Positions 50,501 to 62,700 of a DNA stretch of 64,000 nt are shown piece after piece. The notes below the pieces were generated by a model. The model was not told the DNA's origin. It did not search any database and saw only the letters and a list, made by a program, of their open reading frames with translations. The stretch spans positions 62,001 through 126,000 of the forward strand of contig NW_026918422.1 in NCBI RefSeq assembly GCF_032062105.1, in the 5' to 3' direction. This DNA comes from Saccostrea cucullata. Lineage: Eukaryota. Both the position numbers and the translations under genes were made by a program. Numbering within the stretch: the first letter of the stretch is position 1; the number at the start of each line of letters is the position of its first letter.

Positions 50501-53500
50501 CAAGTCTATACAACTCTTACCCACCTTTATCCCCATGGCCCACTATGGTTCCGATGCCCTCGCTATCCTGGTTTTGATAACTCCAGTGGGGGCCCCGGCG
50601 AACTCTCGTACCGAGCCTAGGAATTGCAGAGTATTTCTCCTTATACCATTTTTCATCATCGTCTTCAATTCTTTGCTGGGTGTCCATAATTCTCTCTTTG
50701 TTCCGTATTAATTCGTATATTGCACCCTTTGTAAATGATACATGTATTCAATTTACATAATATCCTTTCAAAAATCTTATCCATTGGTATGTGGTTCTTT
50801 CTCCAAGTCTCTACGTGCGTAAGTATGTCTGTAAGGGTACGGTGTGCCAGGGTGTGTGTGGTGTGTGTATGGTAATGGTAATGGTGGGGTACATGTATAT
50901 TTTTACGTATTGTTTCCTAACTATTTTAAATTCCAGCGTCAAGAGATCAAAGCTATTGATCCCCTAAAACAGATACACGTGTGGAGTGTCATAGCCTTTG
51001 TACCAAGGGTCAGAAAAGGTAAAAAAAAAAAAAAAATAATGGTACCAAAGAAAAAAATGCTCTTAAAATCAGTAAAAAGTAAAAGTCTAAATGTTAATTT
51101 AATATCCAAGGTGAACGACATGAAATAAAAATAAAAAATACTATTAAAGATAAGTCTTTTTACAAGGGATACACACGTGATATACATGTATGTCTATACA
51201 TGTGTATGCAAGAAATTTCTCAAATTTTTAATTACATAAAAAATATTTTATCAAAAGCTAGACAAGATTTTTTATCGAGAGGTGCTATGCGATTGAAATC
51301 TAATTATACAGTGCAGTTTAAGGACATCATCTTATACTTAATGAGTATATATTAGAAGAGTAAGTATGAACGCTTGTTTGAGTTTATTTTCAATTTTATT
51401 AATTTCTTTATATAGATTTACACATACTAGTGTTGGCAACGAGTACCCGGTTAACCGGTTAACCGTCGAACGATGCGAGTATCGGTTAGTAAAACTGCTA
51501 TTCGGTTACTCGGATAAAATGCATCTTATATGGTAAATAACTAAAAAATAAAATGTTAATTTGTTTATAAGCGTACAAATAAACATTTCTCTAATTTTCT
51601 TTACCGTTAGACTTAATGATCTATGGTTTCACTAATACGATTGATTGGTTTTCACACTTAATTGATAGCTTAATTGGATTGCCAGCAGGTTATACAAGTT
51701 TTGAAGACCCAAGTTATAATTCCCTCATTAAATGATTTAAAAAGATGCCGCCAAAGACATGTATAACTTGGAAGTATTTTAAAAGAACAGCTGATTCTAT
51801 ACCTGTAAAATGTAATTAATGTGAATTGGAGTTATCGTGACTTCAAATTTCTTAATAATTATTCTCCTTGATCGTGACATATATCGGGGGTTGAAAAGTT
51901 AAACTGATGAACGCCATTGTAAAATAGCGTGAAACATTGCATATTTATTTTTCTTCTGATTTAATTAATTTTTTGATTATAATTATATTCAAAATTCAAG
52001 ATATTGCGTGCATGTTCTTTATAAGTTTATAAATAAAGTTAATTCACAATACCTTTGTGTTTTATTAGAACCGATGAGTAAAAGATGAGATAAATGATAC
52101 ATATGAATAAATGATCCGAGTAACCGGGTACTCGATCGGAAGATTGAGCGAGTAACCGGTTACTAAAAATCGTCCGATTTGCCAACACTAACACATACGT
52201 AACAAAATTTCTTTTAAATTCTTTCTGAAGAGGTATAGTGGGGACATGACATTTGAATCAATTTCGTGGCGGATCCAATATAGGATGTATTTGTATGGGG
52301 TTTTTTGTTTACATTCGCATAATATTGCGTAAGAGCATTGATCAAGATAGCTAATGTAATTATACGTTTGAAATTTTCCATAAAGAGACAATGAATTAGA
52401 TTAATTTGTCAGTATTGTCAAAATGATTCTGCTCTTATTTTAAATTGTATTATCAACTTATCTGAATTGATATTTATTAAGAAAAATACTATGATCTTGT
52501 AAACATACCAAATCGTCTTCATCATATGTCTGCCATTCCAGTAGAGATTCAGCCACCGATCTCAAATTCCCTCTTTCTATTTCATCCTTATTTGTTACTT
52601 TGGATATCAAATCTGCTGAGTGCTGTAAAATATCGAAAGCGCTGATAAGTAAATAATTATTATTAAAAGAATAGAACAATAAAAAATGATTGTTGATGTA
52701 ACATCAATTACGTAATGGATGGTATATCGTCCAAAACACTTTGCTTCATAAATCTCCAAAACTTTGCCTCCATTAGAAACACTCGATATAGTTTGCAATA
52801 AAGCCTGGAATTAATACAGTTGTGATTAAATACATAAATAAAAAAAATATTCTTTGACATTTCAAAGTTTTTAAAATTTACGTAAAATTATCATCTGAAG
52901 AATGAATTACCCTCATTTCTATTGATAACTAATTTTGAATATGATTCCATTTGAAATAATATTTATGTAATTGTTATTGAACGAAACAGGTATAATGTTA
53001 TTGTGTTATACATTAAATGGCTTACGTAATTGGGGTTTTCTCCGACTGGGAAACAGAAAATCGGATGATCTCTTCCAATTCGTTGTAAAATCGCAAAAAA
53101 TGGTCTTAATATCTATTAAATTAAATGACTTAAATTTTGTATTCTATTCATATTTATATTATTTTCTTAATTGTAAAATATTTCATCAGTCGAACTTGCG
53201 AGACTATAATGATTACACGCTCATTAGGTATTAGATCCACATCACTGTCGGTAGCGCATGAATCTGTGAAGTCTGTAATTCGGCCATCTGTAAATAGTAC
53301 CACTCTGGGATGGAGAAGGAAGTCACCAACTTTGCTAGTATGGGCTGTAAAGGGTAAATTAGAAAAATGTCATGAAAATTTTATTTTATTCTTTCTCAGG
53401 TAGAAAAGTTTCTTAAACCACGGTCAAAATTGCAGTAAAATTTAAAAAAAAAACCCATAAATTGTTATGACAAACATCTATTTAAACTTCAGTAATTATC

Positions 53501-54837
53501 TTTGGTGACATAAAATTGATTATAATAACCAGCTTATTTAATTCATCGGAGAAGCCTTTCCTTACCTGCTCCTTCCAACAGTCCCCCGAGGGCCAAGATA
53601 AAGGCGGCTGTGAGTGGTGAGGGTCCACCACATTCTACCTCCTCTGTAAGAATGACTAACAAGTGGTAGGTTTTTGTTAACTAGTCAAGAAACTAATACT
53701 ACGTATCTTAAAAACCCAATGATGGGCAAAACGACACAATGTTTCAGATTATTAATTCTTTAATATAATTTGAAGTTAATAAACATAATCATCATATTCA
53801 TTATTTTTATATAATATTTTCCCGTTATTTTCCGATGATGACTTGGAGCATGCGGTGGGTTTGACCAGTCGGTTAAGGATGTTCACTCCTCCTTGGCACC
53901 TGATCCCACCTCTGCGGTGTTAGAGGTCCATGTTTGCTCTGCATCTGATTTCTATTGTTTGAATTGTTTTTTTTTTGCGCTTGTATGCTGCTAGTTATTT
54001 CCATATATTTCACATAAAAAATTGCATAATTAAGCCCATATGAAATTCTAGTAACTAACAAAGCCAGGGCTTCCCCCGTCTGAGTCAGTGACTATAGCCA
54101 ATCTCCACTTCTACACTACCACAAAAAGAAATAATAAGGACTGTTTTACAATTCATTGTTGGAGAAAAAAATACAAATAAAAATTATATTACCTATGTTT
54201 TGTTTGATTGCCAAATATTGGTTTGAGTAATACTGCAGGAATTTTGTTTCTTGTCCCATCACTATAACTGAGACATTTTCACCCATACCCGGGTGTTGAT
54301 AGAACTCTGTAAAGGGAATTAAAATACCAGCATTATTACACATCAAATTGTACATTATCACAATGCTCCCACACCCAATATTAATTGACCCACCATCTAG
54401 TATCGCGAAGACTCCCCTTTTCATTTCTATCAGAGGTTCCCCCCTCATGCTTTCTGAACAGTCCAGAATGAAGAGAACACAACTTCCGCTTCCTCTGCCC
54501 CTCTGATGTCTACCAGACCTCTCTACAATACCAAAATGATGGCTACTTCCATCCATGAAGATCATCCGAGAATAACAATAACAATTCAATCCTAGCTGAA
54601 ACAAAGCTGCGGTATATCGTAAGAAAGCTAAATAAAAAAAACAAATACATAAATGACTTACGTTTTCCAGCTTCTAACTTGGCCTGTGAAAGCCACATGT
54701 TTTCATATATAGCAGTTTCCGTGTCCTAAAAATAGGGATTGGTACATTCTAACATGATCAAAAATTATTATCAGAAGCTGATTACTGGAATAAATACTCC
54801 TCATAAAATAAAAGATGAAATCACAAACCTTCATCAT
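44576..54837 (-). CDS. VWA - 2x MIB/HERC2 - WWE protein, subfamily A copy 2; premature TAG (44627-44629) in the last exon
   Basis: Exon-for-exon paralog of 26071-33270 (ILDCSESM, VLFTDG, LGTRVRRGPHW, DWKWEDQDGG, IRWPSGRMGNYRFGYDG, WQWQDNSGVWVDY). The last exon reads ATG ATA TAG ATC AAC where A1 has ATG ATA CAA ATC AAC. Confidence 0.8.
45655..45950 (-). mobile_element. tRNA-derived V-type SINE
   Basis: Minus strand: TGGCGCAGTGG (A box), GATTCAAATCCC (B box), CCTTCGGATGAGACCGTATAAACC (V-domain-like), tail GAAAAATTCTCGAGAGGGACGTTAAA. Confidence 0.75.
46440..47518. mobile_element. Non-autonomous Tc1/mariner element nested in a CATTA-rich repeat
   Basis: TA|CGAGGGGTTATCAAAAAGTTCGTGGACT ... AGTCCACGAACTTTTTGATAGCCCCTCG|TA; the CATTA-type array continues on both sides. 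Confidence 0.85.
48356..48567. mobile_element. Short MITE (TACTGTA/TACAATA termini)
   Basis: Imperfect terminal inverted repeat with TTTTCGCG/CGCGAAAA motifs, inserted into a Penelope-like 3' fragment starting ~48190. Confidence 0.5.
49232..50470 (-). mobile_element. Penelope-like retroelement fragment with a nested MITE (49636-49855)
   Basis: IGIPMGTNSAPLL and other RT motifs colinear with 17735-18760; nested TACCGTAAATCTGGAAAT...ATTTCCAGATTTACGGTA. Confidence 0.75.
51428..52190. mobile_element. Non-autonomous hAT element
   Basis: TIR TAGTGTTGGCAA / TTGCCAACACTA; perfect 8-bp TSD ACACATAC; GGTTAACC subterminal repeats. Confidence 0.9.
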
Positions 54838-55143
54838 TTCTGCTGTTAATTCAAAGTACCCTATACACAATTGAGGTAAAACAAAACAGGAAGATTTAAT
54901 ATATCATATTACTTATACAAATATGGAACTACAGGAAGGAAATTGACAGTAACAGAAATAACATTGCTTGATTTAAACTATATTTATAAACATTTTTCAA
55001 ACAGTTCTGTTGTAAATTTTATTGTGGGCACCATTTGATGAAGAGAAAGATTTATTGATAAAATATTTTGGTTATGACTGGTAAATAATTTATTGAACAT
55101 ACATTCAACAATGTAACCGTTAAAATGAAAGCTGCTATTTGTA

Positions 55144-56207
55144 CGAGGGTCGTTCAAAAAGTTCGTAGACTTTTGTCCTAACTTTTTTATTTAACGTCAT
55201 ATTATATCCAAATTTGGTAAAAATATTTTAACAACAGATTCAAATAATTTGAGTAAAAAAAATTGGAATGTATCTTCCTATTTATCAAAATTACCGAGGA
55301 TTTAGAACAGCAAAAATGGGGTCGCGGAGCACCGTCAAAATTGAGTAATTAACTAATTTCCACTTTATAGTATTTACAGCCATACCTTTAATAAATGGAG
55401 CTGAAATGAAATAAAATTTACATGTTTAAATAAAGTATTGCTGTATTAATTAGAAATTAAATCAAGTTATGTAATATGTCGCTCCATTTAAAGGATATCA
55501 GTTTCTAAATACATATGGACTTGATCAAAAAAAGCAAAAAACCATGACGTTGGAGGACGTCACGGAGCAGCATGTAGCAATAAATCGTACTTTACATTCG
55601 GGAAACTTCTTCTACAAGCTTAAAAATCCGTATAAACCAGGATCTGTATGAAACATAATCTTTGTATTAATTTTGTATTAAATGGAAAATACAATTTTTG
55701 AGTGGTAGCTAGTTTGAATCGGACGATGGATTGTCTGCAAAGACACAAGTTAAAGTTAAAAATATTGTCGAAAGATTAAGGAACGTCGTTGAACGTGTTG
55801 TGTGCTTTACTGTTGCAGAATTAATAGAGTTACATGTTAAATTAAAGAATTTGAAAACATGACATTCTTATTCAAGCTATATTTGTACAATTGTTCGCAA
55901 ACTAGGTTTTAAGTGTTATGGATATGTTTTTTTCAATGGAGAAGACGTGTTTGAAATTAAGAAAATTAGTTGAATTTTGACAAACTTTCTCAACGTTGTC
56001 TTTGACGTTACATTGTTGGTTAACCGTGCTCCGTGGTAACAAAACGTGTTGTTTTGACTAACATGAGTTCTATTTAATCAAATGGAATGAAACTTAACAC
56101 TTCGACAAAATAAATGTTTATGTTTACGAAAATGTGTTGATCTATAATCTTGTAGTAATCAAATGGCGATGAGAAGCATTGTCTACGTATTTTTTGAATG
56201 ACCCTCG
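55144..56207. mobile_element. Degenerate mariner-type element
   Basis: TA|CGAGGGTCGTTCAAAAAGTTCGTAGAC ... GTCTACGTATTTTTTGAATGACCCTCG|TA; related to 46440-47518. Confidence 0.8.
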
Positions 56208-56719
56208 TACTATGACGTTTAATTTTTCAGAGTTTATCGTAAATGCATTTAAAACAAAGACCAATATATTGACGATAAGGTTTAAATCATATGAATTTTA
56301 AAGCACTCTGAAAAAGAGGGTGTTACCCTCTATTTGTATACATACGATGATTATCATGATAGAAATGATATCCTAATAATATCCAAGAACTGCCGTGTTC
56401 AAAATAATTTTTAATCATAAAATTTCTTAGACTGAATAATTTTAAAGTCTGTGTCCATCCTGATTTCGGAAGCATGTGCAGGTTACAACCCACTAGAATA
56501 ATCTAATGGAAATGAACAAAATTAAAAAATAACTTTAGGGCAATTTGCAGCATAGATTTGTAAAGGAAGGATACTCATATTTTGCAGAGCACTAACTGAT
56601 AAAATAAACACACAATGCTTAAAAATATCAAGAGAACTTCAGAAATAGTTTTTCAAGTAGCTAATGGAATCAAGAATATCTTAATATTGCTTGATTTCAC
56701 AGAAATTGTCAAACTGCAG

Positions 56720-59700
56720 TCATTTATCCACGTAACTTCCGCCTCCGAGACATCTGATGTCGGTGACGTGTCGTGTTTTGATATCAATCCTCTTCATCTT
56801 GGATAATACTATCCTATACCTAAAAGATAGACAAAGGAAAAGAAAATAATACTATCCTATACCTAAAAGATAGACAAAGGAACAGAAAATAGTACTATCC
56901 TATACCTAAAAGATATGATACTATCCTATGCCTAAAAGATATACAAGGAACAGAAAAATAATACTATCCTATACCTAAAAGATAGACAAAGGAACAGAAA
57001 AATAGTACTATCCTATCCCTAAAAGATATGATACTATCCTATGCCTAAAAGATATACAAAGGAACAGAAAATAATACTATCCTATACCTAAAAGATAGAC
57101 AAAGGAAAAGAAAATAATACTATCCTATACCTAAAAGATAGACAAAGAAACAGAAAATAGTACTATCCTATACCTAAAAGATATGATACTATCCTATGCC
57201 TAAAAGATATACAAAGGAACAGAAAATAATACTATCCTATACCTAAAAGATAGACAAAGGAACAGAAAAATAGTACTATCCTATACCTAAAAGATATGAT
57301 ACTATCCTATGCCTAAAAGATATACAAAGGAACAGAAAATAATACTATCCTATACCTAAAAGATAGACAAAGGAAAAGAAAATAATACTATCCTATACCT
57401 AAAAGGTAGACAAAGAAATAGAAAATAGTACTATCCTATACCTAAAAGATATGATACTATCCTATGCCTAAAAGATATACAAAGGAACAGAAAATAATAC
57501 TATCCTATACCTAAAAGATAGACAAAGGAACAGAAAATAATACTATCCTATACCTAAAAGGTAGACAAAGGAACAGAAAAATAGTACTATTCTATACCTA
57601 AAGATATACAAAGGAACAGAAAATAATACTATCCTATCCCTAAAGGATTTACAAAGGAACAGAAAAATTATACTATCCTTTACCTAAAAGATAGGCAAAG
57701 GAACAGAAAATAATACTATCCTATGCCTAAAAGATATTATACTATCCTATGCCTAAAAGATATACAAAGGAACAGAAAAAATATTACTATCCTATGCCTA
57801 AAAGATAGACAAAGGAACAGAAAAAAAATACTATCCTATACCTAAAAGATAGACCAAGGAACAGAAAAATAATACTATCCTATACCTAAAAGATAGACAA
57901 AGGAACAGAAAAATAATACTATCCTATAGCTAAAAGATATACAAAGGAACAGAAAAATAATACTATCCTATACCTAAAAGATATACAAAGGAACAGAAAA
58001 TAATACTATCCTATACCTAAAAGATAGGCAAAGGAACAGGAAAATTAGAATGCTACTGGATATTAAAGTTGAAAATTGACTATAACATTTACAATTCAAA
58101 GATATGTTTAAAACGTTTATAATTCTATATGACAATTTTTCAAAATTAATAATGATATAATTTCAAAGAGGAATGGGTGATAAAATATGCACAGCAAAAC
58201 TTCTGACTGGAAGACTAAATAAACAATTTATGAGATTTGGATGTACAAAGTAATATAAAACTTGCTGTTGCCGCCTTGTAGTGTAATTAAGATATTAACT
58301 ACAAAGGAAAAAAAGAATAGCAGCATCCAAAGAAACAAGTTGTCGAATATTAACACATAAAAAATAAGAAAGTTTTTCGAAAATAAGGTCTAACTCAAAC
58401 GTCAGAATCAAACGATTAAAATAATGTGTACTCAGGGAATGAAGATCTTGTCACGAGGAATGTGAAAATGGAACCCCGAGGGCTTTTAAATAGAAAAGTT
58501 TTGGCCAAAGTTATTTTTTTTCAAAAGTTAGTTAAACTCCAAAGTGAAGGCCAGAGAGTCAGAATTGTTGATACCTAAGGAATGTTTTTGTCCGACAGAA
58601 AATATATTGGATATTTGAAAGCCCTCATACCTACTATTCAAAATTAAACTCCAAGGTCAAAGATTTTAAAAAGTTAACCAAACTCATACGTCATTTTCAA
58701 AGGGTCAAAACTGTTGGCATTAAAGGAACAGTTTTGACAAAAGGAATACATCTTTGAAAGTCCTAACATAAAGTTAAACTATTCAAAAAGTGAGAATGTT
58801 TCTTACAGCGAGTCCTGGATGTTAAACAACACTGTGGCTCTATTATTCTTTTTGTAATTTGTATCGATCTTTTGACTCATTTCTTTGGGGAAGTTTTTCC
58901 AATGGCCGTCCTCGCCTTTAAATTGCCAAATATCTTGAGCAGCAGAATCGGTTTCCAATTCACCATCATAATCTTCACCAATAGATTCAGAGCGAGAAAT
59001 GTCTGAAGCATCATATTTTGAAACAGCACTTGTACTTCTATTTGAAGGAGATGAAGTTGGTTCCTTCACGAAGGAATTTCTTGCAGTAGGACAGTTGCAT
59101 TCGGAATTCCTAGATATCCCTTCAGTCGCTTAAAGGAAAACTACATGATTATTTTAAGATAAGAACAGGAGGAAATTAGAAATAAAATGAGTCCCAAATA
59201 TAACATGCTTTGCAGACAACCCTTTTATAGAAAGCAAATCAAGCGGTCACAAAACAATAAAAATTACATTTTAAATTGTTGATCTCTCCATCTGTTTTAG
59301 ATGACAGCATTTCAGCAGCTGCAACTTTTTGTTGTTGCAATCTCTTGACTACATCCGGGTGAAATGGGTCACTAAAAATAAGGGGCTCAAGATCCACAAA
59401 GCTTACCTTTAGTCACTTATGGTCCTGCTCTTCTTCACAACAATTTTGTTTTGGAAAAATGCTCTCTTTTAATTGTGTTTAAAACATTACTCCCTAATAT
59501 AGACATTTATCAAAATTTCGATTTATTCTAAGTTGAAATTTCTAATGTAGTCTCAACCAAATCTCTGGCATCTGATCTTAAAGATTTATCTAAGGAAACC
59601 GAAAATGTTTACGTATTAATATTACTAATCACAACTTGGTGTTCTTGAAAGGAAGATTTTCATCAGATTTTACAATGTATTTACTTGTGTAAAATTTAGG

Positions 59701-62700
59701 TCCCCAGTATCATTATGACTAAACATGGCTTTCCAACAATTTCTGCATTGAACCTGATAGTACCTCTGATACTTGTAGAGGTCGGTGTTTTTAAATAATG
59801 CCATTATTTTTTTTATTCGTTCTTGATTATATCTCCTTTAAAAGGGCTTTGTCTCTTCATTTAAAAAGGAGCTAAATTGCCTTTTCTCTACCATACTTTC
59901 TGGAAAGCTTGGATTCATCTGAACCAGTATTTTTTTTGAAAAGAGGTCAAAAATCTGAAAATCTGTATTTACAGACTGAAAGACACCGAACAAAATATGA
60001 TCAGGAAAGCCCAGGAGCTTTCAGCAAAATGAGGTAAGAAAAGAAAACAAATAAAATCATAATCAATAATATAAAAATAAATAGAAGATATACTTTACAA
60101 CTTTGACGAAAAAACACGTACCAAAGTTGAACATCAAATTTTCCATCAAAACCAAATCTGTAATTACTTTTATTGGAATTTGGCCATCTTACCTGAAATA
60201 TTGATGAATGAAATCAGGCTTCATAATGTAAATTGTTGCTGAATAAATCAATGCTTGAAAATAAGTACGTAAACAATGACGTTGTGTTTCACTTTATACA
60301 CGACACCAATAGTTCCTTTTCCGCCATCTTGATTTTCCCAACTCCAGTCTTCGCCTTTCCAGAAAAATTATGAATAAATTAATAAATGATGAATATCTTA
60401 ATATAACATTTTTAATGTGAAAAAATATAATTAGTAAAAAATATTTTTGGTGGAAAGAAAGTTTTTACCTCTTTCAACAAGACATCCTACATCAATGAGG
60501 TCGTTGTGTAGAATTCTAGGTTCATCACATTCAACCAGATCAAAGTTTTCAAAGAGGCCATTGCTACCATATCGATATGTATAACTTGACCCTGCATCCC
60601 ATACCACGCGTAACCAGCCATCTAAGAAGAGACAATATCAAGTAATAAACAACCTATCATTTCGTAAATTTGCATGCATTTGAAAACTGGAGTTTAATGT
60701 TAACATATGTTGCTCGATCTAACAGAAGTAAAAAAAGAATGATGAAAGGATTCGAAGAGGTGAGAATAATGTAAGAATCCTCAACAATACACCTTTTCAA
60801 AATGTTATTTAATTGTGCTTCTAATACAGTGAAGGATATGGAGATAACACACAGTATTCAACATCAAAGTCCATAAAACAATACAAAATAGGAGCAGAGC
60901 AAGCACGGACCTCCTAAACATGAGAGGTGGGATCTGGTGCCATGGAGGAGTGAGCATCCCCTGCCTACCGGCCACACTCGCCGTGCCTTCCCTGCCATGA
61001 TCGGAAACAACGGAAAAATCCGTAGTCAATTTAGTGTATAAATAATGGACTAACAATTAGTAGGAAAAACGTCATTCAGCATTTGACTCAATGATACAGA
61101 AATACGCACGCTAACTCTCGATTCCCGCCTACATTTTAGAACCATCTAATTCAATATAAGTAGCAATTTGGCCATAAAATCTTTGTTTAATACAAAGAAC
61201 ATTTCAATGGTAATTAATGAATTGTCTTAATACCAGCGCTAATCAGTAAATTATCTATAATTCCAGCTCTTGAAAAAAAAGGGGGGGGGGGGTAGACGAT
61301 ATTTTCCATTGAAATCGAAGTTTCAAGCATCACCATATTTTGAAATAGTCTTGAATATGATAAGATATTCCTTAAATCTTTTCTTCTGTTTTAGGCAAAT
61401 AAATAAAACATAAATATATCAATAAAATATGATGTTTCAGATGTAAATCGCTTGAAATTGGTGGAAATTAAGCATTTTTATCGTTTTTGTCAATAAACAT
61501 GTCTCTTAAAAATTCATCGAATATGTTAACTTTTGAAAATTGACTTGGAGGTAGGCTGGAGAACAATACTATTGTTTGCAATTCTTTATTAGCTGACAAG
61601 GTCATTGTATCGACCATAGAACGTACAAAATGATTAATTTAAACGAGACTGGTTATTTGGGGGGAAATTTTGTTACAAATCTCCATAAAGGTGTTTTGAA
61701 CTACATGTATGTCATTTTATCATGCTCATAAAAATTATGTACATGGCATTGGTTCATTGTGCATTATTGGAGACAATGTCGTCGGTAGAGAAATTAATTG
61801 CAATTAATCTGATAAGATATTTTTTGTCGTTGGCATTTTCAAACTTACTTTGTGATAACCATATTGATTCTAAAACACAAATACTCCGAGATTGATAGGA
61901 AAATTATGCTTTTTTGTATAATTAACATCTTTTAAGTGCTCTTTTGAGACTAGGTATTTCAGTTTTCTGTTGGAATTTCCACTGTATTGGTTTGTCCCTT
62001 AACTAACAGACCTGTTCTTGTATCATTTACAAGAATTCTTTAATGGACTTAAATTGTATGCCTCGTTACTGTCATGGTGGACAATGACAAATCTGGCGTC
62101 TCACATAAACTTACGTTTTCCGTTGTCATTGTGGTTAACAACAGTCCCTGGACCGTGACAGTCCTGGTCCCCCCACTTCCAGTCAGGTCCTCGACGTACT
62201 CTTGTACCTACCGGGGGCATCTGTGGGTTAAATTCACAATTTTCATCATCGTCTTCTTCATCGTCCTCTCCATGCCTGTGTTTGTATGTCCCTCTTGCAT
62301 TTATAATTTCTAATACGTCATCCTAGATAGTAACAAAGTTTGTTCATTTTTAAAAAATAAATTTACAAAGGACTAGAACTAACACTTAACTGTATTGAGC
62401 ATTATACAAAATCTATCATATTTGATATTTACCTTATCCTCCTCTGTTAATTGATTGATTAATCCAGTAGAAGTCATGGCTTGTTCTACATCTTCATGAG
62501 AAAAATTGTCCTTTCGTATATTTTGTAAAACCTCAGCTGCTTTTCTCTGAAATTACAATTTACCAGTGAGCTGCATCAAACTATATTATATACATTTTCA
62601 CATTTTTTATGTTCTGCTTTTCAATTTGTAAGGGAGGTAGATATTTTTTTAAATTTTGAAATCGGGGGAGAGGATGTTGTGGTGAAGACCATTACATATT

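Noticed and set aside
56803-58045. CRISPR-like array
   Set aside because: There are no unique spacers; the units are head-to-tail copies of an intron/exon junction in a eukaryotic gene, and there are no cas genes.
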